Made by a program: the position numbers and the translations under genes | The notes under the pieces: model-generated | What the model saw: the letters and a program-made list of their open reading frames with translations, nothing else | What the model was told of the DNA's origin: nothing | Database searches by the model: none | Assembly (NCBI GenBank): GCA_964016885.1 | Contig: OZ024755.1 | Coordinates: 28,830,001 to 28,894,000, forward strand | Direction: 5' to 3' | DNA length: 64,000 nucleotides | From: Eledone cirrhosa | Lineage: Eukaryota | Shown: positions 43,518-56,546 of the stretch, one piece after another | How the letters are laid out: each line of letters opens with the position of its first letter | Position numbering within the stretch: the stretch's first letter is position 1

Positions 43518-44189
43518 AAATAAAGGATTATGAGTTCATGCAATTGACTTATGTTTCGTCACTATATGTATATATCATATATAATTTATGTGGGATGCTT
43601 AAAGCGTCCGTAAGCGGTAGGCCGTTTGAGCACTCGATACTCTTACAGAGCAGAGTATGATATCACATAAGAAACGGAGAATCAGTGTTGCGTCGAATAA
43701 CATTTATTAGACATATTACAATCGTTTCTCTGGCGACCAGCTCGAGGCACGATCGATGTAATGATCGAACCTGACTCTGAAATCGCAAGATCCTCAGATA
43801 CGTCTCGATTCTACGAACCAGAGTTTCCAAATGTCCAGTTACAGCCGCGGCCCTCACTCGGCAGCTTAGATCCTGTTGTTGTCACTCTATGAGTGGTCAA
43901 GAATTGTACACGTAATCGTTATTTTGGGCCACTCATGGCCGTCCTATATTTCGTTCCTTTCATTCGCCACCTGTCAATCAAAGTTGTTTCTTAAATCGGA
44001 ATTACTACTGTAGGAGGTAAGGGGCTGTATGATTGAACCGCTCGCGCCCTGTCGCCGCCTTCTCAACCTGCAGGTGCCCTAACTCATGTCCATGTTTCGC
44101 GCAGGCGTGATACATACGGGCACTTATACACCCACAGCGATTACGTACTCACTCGCAACTGTATTATATGTGACAATTATATGTGACAT

Positions 44190-44380
44190 TGGCGGTGGAT
44201 TGGCAGTATCGGTAGAGGGTCGGACGCCATGCTTTGATGCATAGAGTTACGGCCCTTGCTATTCTGAGTTCAAATCCCGCCGAGGTTAACTTTGCCTTTC
44301 ATCCTTACGGGGTCGATAAAATAAAGTACCAGTAATGTACTGGGTAATTTCTGGCCTTGTGCCAATAGTAGAAACAATTA
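44190..44380 (+). mobile_element. main SINE copy
   Basis: Family consensus; TSD ATTATATGTGACA. Confidence 0.92.
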
Positions 44381-45419
44381 TATGTGACAATCACAGTAAA
44401 TATTAAATGTCCAGCGAATACTTAGACGGAATTTTTTTTAAATAGAAAAACATTTAACAGAATGTTTCAGAAAAAAATCACCCTCAAAATATTTAAAAAA
44501 CACACATTTCAAAAAGAAAAATCTTGTGAAAAAACTTTTTAAAAAATGCTTGAAATAGCCTTTCAAAAAAGTTAATTCAAAGGTATTTTTGATACATATA
44601 CACATATCTACACACACACACACACTGTACTCAGGGAAGCGTATATAGTTAAGACGCTGCACATATATACAGATGAAAAAATGGAAAATCTACACATACA
44701 CAAGCATACACTTACACAGACATGTTCCTACAAATACATCCACCCACACATGTATGTATATGTGCGTGGACACACATACATGTACCCACGCATGGGTATG
44801 CTTATACATCTAAAAAAAGCACATACTTGATGAATACCTACACATCCACATACACACGCAACTGTGTACATGGCGCATAAAATATTATATGAGACAACAT
44901 TCTTGAGGCTTGGACCCAACCAATTCATGTGGCGATGTTAGCCTGAAAGTGCATGCACAATATGCATAAATGTAATAGCTACATAGTAGCCATGCCCTAA
45001 TCACAGATAACATGGGTGGCACCCATTGGCGAACATGTTTTTAAAATTGAGTGACTCAACTTCAAGTGATTAGCAATTTTTAAACACCCTAATCAATGAA
45101 ACAATTGTTAATGCTGTAAATAAAACCCTTTTTGTACTGTTGACCATGTTATTCTTCACTCTTTCACTATTATTACTCCAAGATTAAACTGCATAGGAAT
45201 TCCCGGAAACTCGCCACCTAACTAAGGAAACCTCTTGTTGAGTCAAACAACGCCGTACGTTAAAACTATACACAATTCGGAGCACTCACAACCTCTAACT
45301 GGATTACCTATAACGATAATTTGTTATTCCATATATATATATATAATTAGATTATTATATTACAAAAGATAATGATAATTACACTCAGCCCATGGTGTAA
45401 ACAGTAGGGCTGCGAGAAA

Positions 45420-46035
45420 TGATAATAACGCTTGGATATGGGTACGAAGATGTCACTTAAGAAGGAGACATGGGATTTGACCATGGCAGTCTTGAACCAG
45501 GCAATAAGAACTAATTGAATCAAATATAATTTTTTTCTACTTTTGGCACAAGGCCAGCAATCACCCAGTGCATTACTGGTACTTTATTTTATCGACCACG
45601 TAAGGATGAAAGGCAAAGTTAACCTCGGCGGTATTTGAACTCAGAATGGCAAGAGTTATGGTGTCCGACCCTCTACCGATACTGCCAAGGTATTCACATC
45701 ACCTCTGTGTAGGATGTGTAGAAAGGTAAATGAGACAATTAGTCACATTGTATCAGGATGCTGACAATTGACGCAAAATGAACACAAATCTTGGTGACAT
45801 GATAAAGTGACGGCAGTAATACATTGGCAATTATGTAAAATGTTTTGGTTGAACTGTAATGAAAAATGGTATGACTTCCATTGTAACAAAAGAGATGAAA
45901 CTAATGGAAAATGATGAAGCCAAGATTCTGTGGGATATTTTACAATAAAAATGGAAACAAATATTGATCACAACAAACTGGACATAGTACTGATACTCAA
46001 TAAATTAAAGAAATGTTTTGTGATAAATGTGGCAG
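45420..46035 (+). pseudogene. R4/Dong-like RLE non-LTR fragment interrupted by a SINE (45527-45689, minus strand)
   Basis: LKKET...QAIRTN; CRMC...ETISHIVSGC knuckle; HDKVTAVIHWQLC; ENDEAKILWD; HNKLDIV...KCFVINVA. Confidence 0.85.
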
Positions 46036-46128
46036 ACGCCATGCATTGCAGCATAGAGTTATGGTCCTTTATGCAGCATGCATCTAAAGTCCAAATATTC
46101 GTGCTTCACACAAAATGTTTGTTTATAG

Positions 46129-46221
<93 letters not shown>

Positions 46222-47532
46222 TTATATATGCATGTTTGTGTGTGTATGTGTGTGTGCGTGTTATACAATCTAATAAGTTTACTATGATGGTTACATTTCA
46301 ACATTCAACTTCTTTGCTTTTCTTAAACAAAGCTACCATCATGCATATTTGCTATAAATTAATCAAATAAATCGGCTAAAAGATATTTTTTGACGGGAAA
46401 GAGGAAAGCGAGAGGCTTTTGGGAACGAACCACTTATATGCTATATGAAGGACAACTGCTTAGATCGTTAATCAATATCAAAATTCTAAGATATTGCGAA
46501 AAATTGAAAATATGGAATTCATTTTCATTTATAGTGAAACGCTCTCTGAATCCATATATGTATTATACAAAATGCTGTCTGTAACTTACTGGGCGGAATC
46601 CTGTGAGTTACATGTAGAAGTCTCTTTGATATGCATGTCAAACTCCCTCAATCATCAGTAGTTAAACAAGGAAGAGGTTTAGAGAAAATGTAACAAAATA
46701 CCAGTGTGAGAATTTGTCAACAGCGCACCTACGTATGGTTGTTTTAGTGGGCCTGTTAGTGTGTCTGTGTGGGAGGCGCGTGTGGATGTATTTCTGTATG
46801 ATTATCCAACATCGCAGTTTTTCATGTGAATAAATTTGTTGAAATAACTATTGTCATATTGCAGAGATTCTTTCGTCAATATAATGAATATTTTACATTT
46901 AAGTTTCTAAACATTCAACTTATTTCTCTTTTCACTGTATCGTCAACAAACATTAGTCACTTGCACCTTTTGCTTGCTGTGATTACATTAACCTAGTTTG
47001 TGATATATATTCATGATATGTATGAAATATTTATCACGAAAACGATACATTCCATAAATATGCTAATATCATATCGTACATTGAATTTCATATAGGTGAT
47101 AGCTTTACGTAAATCTGATATATAGCACGAATAGAATACTATGTTAAACGAAAGGAGACTGTTAAATTATATATGTTCAAGTGATAAATTGTATTTTACT
47201 TTTAGATTTTGAATAATAGTAATGCGAAATCAAAGTGGCTTTATCCATACTTAAAATGTGTGAATGAAGAAAATAGTAGATAAGTAATCATTCCAGCAGA
47301 TTATCTAAATGTATTCAAAGGGAGTATGTAGAATGTCTCCCATTAAAAAGGATTTATTATTACGGAAGATAAATTATGAATAAGTCAATGACCGATTTAA
47401 GATTCACTCCTATAAGACATGAACATTTGATATAATATATGTAATTAAATGTGTCAGATAAATACACGTTTCCTATATCATTATTACAATTGATATCCTG
47501 TCAGTGACGATGTTGTCATACACACACTTATA

Positions 47533-47614
<82 letters not shown>

Positions 47615-48295
47615 TATAGTAAGGTGTATTATTGGTTGTGTAAAACTGTCCAATAAATTGATGTTAGCAATACTAAGTTCTCCACGCTTTTGTATATCTC
47701 CAATTCCATTCAAGGGAACAGCTAGATGATGTAAAACGAGTATCAAAATGAAAATCTGAAGGCAAGGTAAAATCCCAATCATTTTCATCACAATACATGT
47801 TCCAATAAGAGATAGATCGATCGTAAAGCCATGATCAATTATCACTGATCTCATCAGATGAAAATGAATTGTCTTCAAATTCTTGATGTGAGAGAGAAAA
47901 TTAGCAATGTTCACTGACAGAGTTTATTCCCTCATATGAAGATCCAGTAGTCAGACATACGGCGACTGCTATCGGCTTCAGTTAGGGTCATAAAACTGTC
48001 AAATCTCCATAGTTGCAAAGGACGCTGGACATTAATCAGATCTGGAGAAATACAGTCGGTCACAGTTAATGTGAGTGGGTACACACACACTCAACACCCA
48101 TACACAGGCTCGAGGTCAAAGAAAAAAAAAATATACACATATCAACACAGCATCAAACCTGTAGAACTATAGACGGTCACAATTACTGTGAGTGGGTACA
48201 CACACACTCTCACACACACCGAAGCGATGTCATAGAAAAAAAACAACAAATATAAGAATAAGAATATACCAACACAGCATTCACCGAAAGTTCGT

Positions 48296-49640
48296 TTACA
48301 AAACAACAAATGCTACATTAGTCAAATCTTGTCTGATGGTGGTGGTGTTAGTGTGGTGGTTGTTGGAGGTGACGGCGGTGTCGTTGCTGCGAGTCGCCTT
48401 TCTTCTTTTACCCCTCGTTGGTTGCCTTCGCTTTCGGAGGGTGAAGCTAAGGGTTTTTTTTTGTTTTTTTTTTTGTTTTTTGTGGCAGACCGTTTGCCAC
48501 TTCACTCCCACCTCATACTCCATGTCGAATTCCATGGCGTCTGGGAGGGGTATGAGCTCCACTGCTGTTGATGGTGGTAGTGGAGCCCGCTCCGGCGATT
48601 TTGCCGCCGGTGTAGCTACTGCAACTGTTGGTGTTGCCGTCTCTACTGCCGCTATTTTAGTTATCCGTGACCTACTCATCAAGGAAGGGTCATCTGCCTC
48701 TGTTGACTGCCCTGCTCTTGGTAACAGCGGATCAGGCGTCGGAGGGAGGGGACCCTCTTCTTGCCTGTCTTCTGCCAGCAGAAGGCCCTGAGGTGACCCT
48801 TCTGCCCACAGAGATAGTAATTTTGGCGCCTTCCCTCCACGTTTATAGGGAGTTGGAGTCCTTCCTCGAGGTCTATGATATCTGGGATGGCCTCGATGCA
48901 CTCCTGGTCAGTTTGTATTAGCATTTACATGCCTATACCTGACCAGTTCTCTTTTCCTATTCTCTGCATTTGCAGTATGGTTGTCCTGTCCTCGATTCCA
49001 GCAAGTGCAGACGCGGCCAGCCAAGGTATGTGCACGTCTGGCGTGACCTGGGTCACTTTGACCCTCACAATTTTTTGCCCGCATTAGGAGGGCACCAAGA
49101 CTATCTCTTCACTCTTTAGGGTTTCCAAAGAGTGAGACTTGGTTCTTGGGGGTGGCAAAAAGTACGTCTACTGTGGCGTACCTTTTGCTTCGGGTGATGT
49201 GGGATTTGCGCGCCTTTGGGATTTGAGCCTCCGTGGCTCTCTCCACCCGACGTGACATTTTGCTTACGGCGTGGTAAGTCTGCGTGCGCAGGTACTGGTC
49301 CTTGAAGAAATCGGGTGGAGGTTTCAGAGAAACTCTATTGTCATTTCTTGTCACCATGGCTCTTGCGACTGACGAGCACTCTTTCTACTTTCGGCGCAGG
49401 GCCTGCGAAAGAAGTGGCCCCTTTTTCAGCGGCACCATTATTGCTGCCGCTACTGCTGCTACTAGTCTTGTTGTTGGTGCTGTTGGTGTTGTTGCTGTTA
49501 TCACTGTTGTAGTTGGTTGTGTTTTTGGTGCCACCGATGTTGTTCTTTTCGGTGCAATTTGTATTGTTGCTGTTGGTGTTGTCGTTGTTTATTTTCTTGT
49601 TAGTGGTGTTAATATGGTTGTTGCATTTGTTGTCATTATT
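48296..49640 (-). pseudogene. decayed LINE ORF1 (gag-like; L1/Tx1-type)
   Basis: GC-richer coding-like block with VEGRRQNYYLCGQKGHLRAFC, a degenerate CX2CX4HX4C knuckle; frameshifted across several ORFs. Confidence 0.65.
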
Positions 49641-49989
49641 TTCTGTTGCCTGTAATGATTATAATAATAAAACATGACATACATACATACGTACATACAT
49701 GCCTACATACGTATGTACATACACCCGTACATACATGCGTACATACATCCGTACATACATGCATACATACGTACGTACATACATGCATACATACGTACGT
49801 ACATACATCCGTACATACATGCGTACATACATAATATATGCGTACATATATACATGCGTACATACATACGTACATATATACATCCGTACATACATGCGTA
49901 CACACATAATATATGCGTACATACATACATGCGCACATACATACATACGTACGTACATACACATACATACACGCACACATACATACACG

Positions 49990-50078
<89 letters not shown>

Positions 50079-50774
50079 CTCACACTCAGACGAAGACATT
50101 GCTTTGAAAATGCAGATGAGAGAAATTGTAAGCTCTACGATTTCCAAGTAAGAAGTTAAAATTACATTTAAAGACCTTACGTTATGAATACGTAATTTTC
50201 CCCCTTCTATTTGTCTGCTGCTAAAAATGTTTGATAGTAGAACAGAATAAAACAAAAATGTCTGAATGAGTGAGAAAGCAAAGTCTACATAAGGTTTTGA
50301 AAGTAGGATTTAGAATGGTGTTGGATTTTCTGATGTCGCCATTAACTGCTAAAGACGCTAGATAATGGGTGTGGGGCAGAATAATATTGTGTTGCGATAT
50401 GGTGTGTATGTTTTTGGACTGGCGTGTTACATTGTGGCGTGGCCCCATGTCGTATGATGTGGATTTAGAGTATAGTTTAGAGTGTAGTGTGTAAGGACGG
50501 TGAGTAGGGTGTCGCCGCCATAGTTTACTACACATTCTTTACTTCCTTTCTCCCTCATTACCCTCTCTCATTCTCTCTTTCTCTCTCATTCTCCCTCTCT
50601 CTCTCGCTATCTCTCTCTCTCTCTCTCTTCCTGTCCCTCTATCCACCCACGCCTTAGAAAGTCATATCGTGTTCCAGCTTCCTTTTTCACTCACACACAG
50701 TCACATTTAGAATGTAAGTATATGAAAACATACAATGTACATCATACACGTACACGCAGATACACACGTAAGTA

Positions 50775-50860
<86 letters not shown>

Positions 50861-50933
50861 CATATTTATTTATATATATATATATACATATATATTATGT
50901 ATATATATATTTATATATATATGTGTGTGTGTG

Positions 50934-51008
<75 letters not shown>

Positions 51009-51130
51009 ATATATATATAAATATATATTTATATACGTATACATACATATGTATATATATATATTTATTTATATATATACAAATATATGTACGTATATAT
51101 TTATTTAATTATATATATAAATATATATAT

Positions 51131-51267
<137 letters not shown>

Positions 51268-51606
51268 CAGTATGCGTGAGTGTTTGTATGTGTATATTTC
51301 TTTGTCTGATTAAGAGAGTGTGTATGGGCGTGAGTTAGTACATCACTCTTGTTCCTACAATTTTCTCCATCTCTACCACACTTCTATATGTATCACTTTA
51401 TTTATTTCTTTGTCGCTAACTATCCATCCCAGCCTCGCTATCACAGCCTTTCTTCCTTCCCTAACTTCAATGTAACTAAATCTTCTTTGCTTTGGCAGTG
51501 TGTCCCAAAGTATTACATAAAATTCCTCTCCCGGCACACACTCACAGACAAACACACACGCACACAGACAAACAAACCCAGGCGTACACATATAGACACA
51601 TTTCAC

Positions 51607-51644
<38 letters not shown>

Positions 51645-51648
<4 letters not shown>

Positions 51649-51791
51649 GAGGAAGACCAAGGTTAACATATGTTGATGCCCTAGGGACAGACACTGGTCT
51701 GTTGGAGATGCAGGATATGGCAGCGATAATGAGGGACAGAGACCGCTGGAGAGAACTCGTCCATGGATCTCGGGAATTTTACCCGCCTTAG
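51645..51791 (+). mobile_element. RTE LINE extreme 3' end in (TA)n
   Basis: RRGRPRLTYVDALGTDTG...MRDRDRWR; same family as 61470-61795. Confidence 0.8.
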
Positions 51792-51817
51792 ATATATATA
51801 TATATATATATATATAT

Positions 51818-51995
51818 AACAAAGGAGTTGTGGTAAGGAACCAGATGGACCATAACGCACCAGAGTACTCAATACTTAGGGTAGTAGAATGGGAAATATG
51901 AACAGGTATGACCCCAACGGTTATTTCTGGACATATTTCAGTCCAGAATTAGACGTCGAAACGGCTTGAGCTCTGCCATCGGGGTCATACTTTTT

Positions 51996-51998
<3 letters not shown>
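51818..51998 (-). mobile_element. family A fold-back mini-element
   Basis: Tail and arms; centre CTGGAC-ATATTTCA-GTCCAG. Confidence 0.85.
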
Positions 51999-52057
<59 letters not shown>

Positions 52058-52259
52058 AATACACACACAGACATATATATATATACATATATATATATAC
52101 ATATATATATATATAATATTAAGGATACTATTTATAGTTATGTATATTTTAAACCTTAAACAGTGAAGGTCAGTAATTTATTACTACCTTATTACCAGTA
52201 AGATAAATAGCTCAATGTAATAACATCAGTTGTTCTACAGAGCAGTTTATATAGAATTA

Positions 52260-52309
<50 letters not shown>

Positions 52310-52460
52310 TATATATATATATTAAATTAACAAATTAAAGTTTAAGCAAAGATATCGCAGCTGCTTTCACCCTTAACGGCATCTTCAGATTTTGGTCGTT
52401 ATTATTACTATATATTATAAATATATGTGTGTGTGTGTGTGGGGGGGGGGGGTAAGTGTG

Positions 52461-52523
<63 letters not shown>

Positions 52524-52616
52524 GCATTGCCACAATAAAGAATATAATAATAATAGGGTTGTCTTATAATCTCATAGAAACTGTATTATATATATATATA
52601 TAATTTTATATATATA

Positions 52617-52684
<68 letters not shown>

Positions 52685-52686
<2 letters not shown>

Positions 52687-52861
52687 AATGATATTAAATA
52701 AATGGAAACTATATTTATAAAACCATATTTATTCTATAAATATACTTTTCATTTATTTAATATCATTGAATATTATTCTCCAGAAGCTTGTCGAGTGCTC
52801 TGAATTAGCTCTAAACATTTATATTTGTTGAATTACCAACAAATCGAATATCCCTTTTGCT

Positions 52862-52862
<1 letters not shown>
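52685..52862 (+). mobile_element. family C pLTR tail with fold-back
   Basis: AATGATATTAAATAAATGGAAACTATATTTATA pairs with TATAAATATACTTTTCATTTATTTAATATCATT; then CTCC...TGTCGAGTGC tail. Confidence 0.75.
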
Positions 52863-52909
<47 letters not shown>

Positions 52910-52911
<2 letters not shown>

Positions 52912-52966
52912 AACAAGTAAGACCCCGACGGCTGAGCTCAAGCCGTTTCGACGGCTAATTCTGGAC
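52910..52966 (-). mobile_element. family A single arm
   Basis: GGAACAAGTAAGACCCCGACGGCTGAGCTCAAGCCGTTTCGACGGCTAATTCTGGAC between TA tracts. Confidence 0.8.
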
Positions 52967-53499
52967 ATATATATATATATATATATGTTTGTGTGTTTGT
53001 GTTTGTGTGTGTGTGTCTTTGTATGTATGTATGTTAATATATACGTATATATATGTGTATTAGACCGTTCGCAACTATATGATAGTTAGGTAAACCTATC
53101 ACATCACAAGATAATTTTTGTTTCACATAATCGATAAATTACATCGCCAAATACAATCCATGTGTATTTCAAAATTATTTGGTGTCAAATTTGTTATAGA
53201 TGCTTAATGATGTATCGTAGGTTGTACCATTATATACTTCTGCCACTTTGGCTTTCATAATAAACCTGTTTGATTCTAGATGTAGACAGAGGCGGGCATT
53301 CGCGGTCTAGCTTAACAACATATACAGTTGTATATAGACACACAGACACAAACCTATACCCAAGAGGGGTGGGTAACACCACCTCGTACTATTCCCCCTA
53401 TATGCCTTTTCTTCCCTCCTTCTTTATTTACTTACTTGTTCCTGTCTACAGGCATTCTACTTCAAATGCACACATACATGCACACAAACACATACACAC

Positions 53500-53557
<58 letters not shown>

Positions 53558-53642
53558 TCACACACATATATATATATATACTCACACACATATATATATA
53601 CACACACACATATATATATATATATATTAAATATACACGTAT

Positions 53643-53703
<61 letters not shown>

Positions 53704-53709
53704 CCAGTA

Positions 53710-53749
<40 letters not shown>

Positions 53750-53752
<3 letters not shown>

Positions 53753-53863
53753 CCAGTAAGACCCCATGGGGTCTTACTGGTTCCTATTACCCACTCCACT
53801 ACCTCAAGTATTGAGTACTTTGGTGCGTTATGGTCCACCTGGTTCCTTACCACATTTCCTTCG

Positions 53864-53865
<2 letters not shown>
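53750..53865 (+). mobile_element. family A mini-element folded at the cleavage site
   Basis: GAACCAGTAAGACCCC-AT-GGGGTCTTACTGGTTC followed by the family tail. Confidence 0.8.
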
Positions 53866-53916
<51 letters not shown>

Positions 53917-54217
53917 CATATATAAATATATATATATATCATGTATATATATATACATATATATACACACATATATATATATATATACACATATATATAT
54001 GTATATATATATATATGCATATATATGTGCATATATATACATATATATATATGCATATATATATATATATGTATATATATATACATATATAAATATATAT
54101 ATATATGTGTGTGTGTATATCTATATATCTATGTATATATATATATGTGTGTATATATATATATACATATATATATGTATATATATGTGTATTTATATAT
54201 ATACATACATATGTGTG

Positions 54218-54296
<79 letters not shown>

Positions 54297-54386
54297 GTTT
54301 CCTGCTACATTTCCGTACTTCCTACTGCCACATGTCTTCGTTACCCGGACATTTACCTATCTGCTTTGCAGAGGCTTCCCAAATTA

Positions 54387-54458
<72 letters not shown>

Positions 54459-54914
54459 TATGTCTGTGTGTGTTTGTGTGCGTGTGTACGTGTGTGCCTG
54501 TGTGTGTAGAAATGTTCATATACACATATATATGTATGTATATATGTGCATTTTTACACACACGCACACACGTACACAAACACACAGACACATATGTATA
54601 TACGCAGACTCACACACACACACACACATACATAAATTACCGTATTTTGAGCTGCTTTAACCTCATCACCTACTTCTTTCCAGTTTTATATATATATATA
54701 TATATGCATATATATATATATATATGCATATATGTGTTGGTATGTGCCTGAATTAATCTGCCATTTCACGTGCATATAACCACATTTATATACGCGCAAC
54801 TATATATATATATATATATACAAATGTATATAATATATATAATATATCTATATATATATATATGTATTTTGATCATGCTTTATTTTTACTTTTATTTTTA
54901 ATTTCATTCGCACC

Positions 54915-55107
54915 GTTTCCTTTCGCTATATGTCTCTCCACCACTCCCCTACACACCCTTTGAACTCTGTTCCCACACACTTCTCACCTGAGGAAGGGCT
55001 TATGCCCGAAACGTCGTTCCCCACCACCACGCCACTCTCCAGAGCGTGAAATTAATAAACATTCGTTGTACTGCCTCTCTGTTTTGTTCCTGTTCAAAGT
55101 TTTCCAT

Positions 55108-55141
<34 letters not shown>

Positions 55142-55442
55142 AATAGAGTCAGGGCCCGGACGGCTGAGCACCCGCGGCCGTTTCGACAGCTATCTCTGAT
55201 AGATAGATATCGTACGGCCGGAGCTCAGCCGTCGGGGTCCTGACTCCTTTCCTATTACCCACTCTATTACCTACAGTAAGTAGTACTCTGGTGCGTTATG
55301 GTCCACCATACTTCCTCACCTGAGGAAGGGCTTATGCCCGAAACGTCGTTCCCCACCAACACCCCACTCTCCAGAGCGTGAAATTAATAAACATTCGTTG
55401 TACTGCCTCTCTGTTTTGTTCCTGTTCAAATTTTTCCATCCT
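54915..55442 (+). mobile_element. two family E hammerhead units flanking a family A element (55139-55308)
   Basis: CTGAGGA-AGGGC-TTAT-GCCC-GAAAC-GTC at 54988 and 55320, with nearly identical tails. Confidence 0.82.
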
Positions 55443-55864
55443 ATATATATATATATGTGTATATATATGTCTATACATAAATAAATGTCGCCATGTGATG
55501 TATAACCGTGCTCAAGATCTTCATATGGTGAATTAATCCTTATATATTTACACTTTACATATTTTGCAAGGATATTTGTAAGCCGAGTAGAGACAAAACA
55601 TCTGACGTACACACACTCACACGCGCATGCGCGTAAGGACAGTATCATGCGTATATTGCCGCTCGCATATGAACTTTCTACAACTCAGACATTATCTAAC
55701 AGATGGACAAACACAAATATTAACGTGTAGTACACGCCTAGAGAGACCTTGTTTGATATATAGCCATTGGCTATACATCTACACATATTTAGAAGATAAA
55801 CAAATACAACCAAAGAAGGGTCATTATTCAGCGTGTGTGTTTCTGTATGAATACGTACATGTAT

Positions 55865-55910
<46 letters not shown>

Positions 55911-55911
55911 G

Positions 55912-55982
<71 letters not shown>

Positions 55983-55984
<2 letters not shown>

Positions 55985-56157
55985 AAAATGTATGACCCCG
56001 ACGGCAGAGTTCAAGCCGTTTCGACGGCTATTCCTGCGTCCAGAAATAGCCGTCGAAACGGCTTGAGCTCTGCCGTCGAGGTCATACATTTTCCTATTAG
56101 CCACTTGAGTACTCTGGTGCGTTAAGGTCCATCTGGTTCCTTACCACAATTCCTTTG

Positions 56158-56159
<2 letters not shown>
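55983..56159 (+). mobile_element. family A fold-back mini-element
   Basis: About 50 bp arms with GAAACGGCTTGAGCTCTGCCGTC and the family tail. Confidence 0.85.
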
Positions 56160-56244
<85 letters not shown>

Positions 56245-56248
<4 letters not shown>

Positions 56249-56499
56249 ATTAGAAAGTAAACAACACTAAATATAACTACTCCACTACTGCCAAAGGTTT
56301 CTGGATCCCAAACAATATAAATACACGTCTGGATCGATCATCAGACAGAGATCGATCGAGACGTATATTAATATTGTCTGGGATCCAGAAACCTTTGGTA
56401 ATGGAGTAGTTATATTTTGTGTTGTTCACTTTCTAATTAAATAGCTCTGTTCTATACAAAGAGCACTCTTTTTTCCTTTGCTTTTTCTTCGGAATTACG

Positions 56500-56502
<3 letters not shown>
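56245..56502 (+). mobile_element. family D-related fold-back mini-element
   Basis: About 95 bp arms centred near 56345. Composite core CTGATGA-TCGATC-GAGAC...ATATTAATATT-GTC. Tail homologous to the reverse complement of 11953-12010. Confidence 0.75.

Positions 56503-56542
<40 letters not shown>

Positions 56543-56546
<4 letters not shown>

Noticed and set aside
43589-44175. GC-richer block with TG...CA ends, possible solo LTR
   Set aside because: No matching TSD and no second copy in the window
45060-45125. GAAAC-AATT-GTT half-hammerhead with upstream GATTAG...CTAATC stem
   Set aside because: CTGANGA absent and only a single copy; too degenerate to call
47612-47950. Possible L1/Tx1 RT remnant downstream of the ORF1-like block
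   Set aside because: Similarity too faint to support by eye
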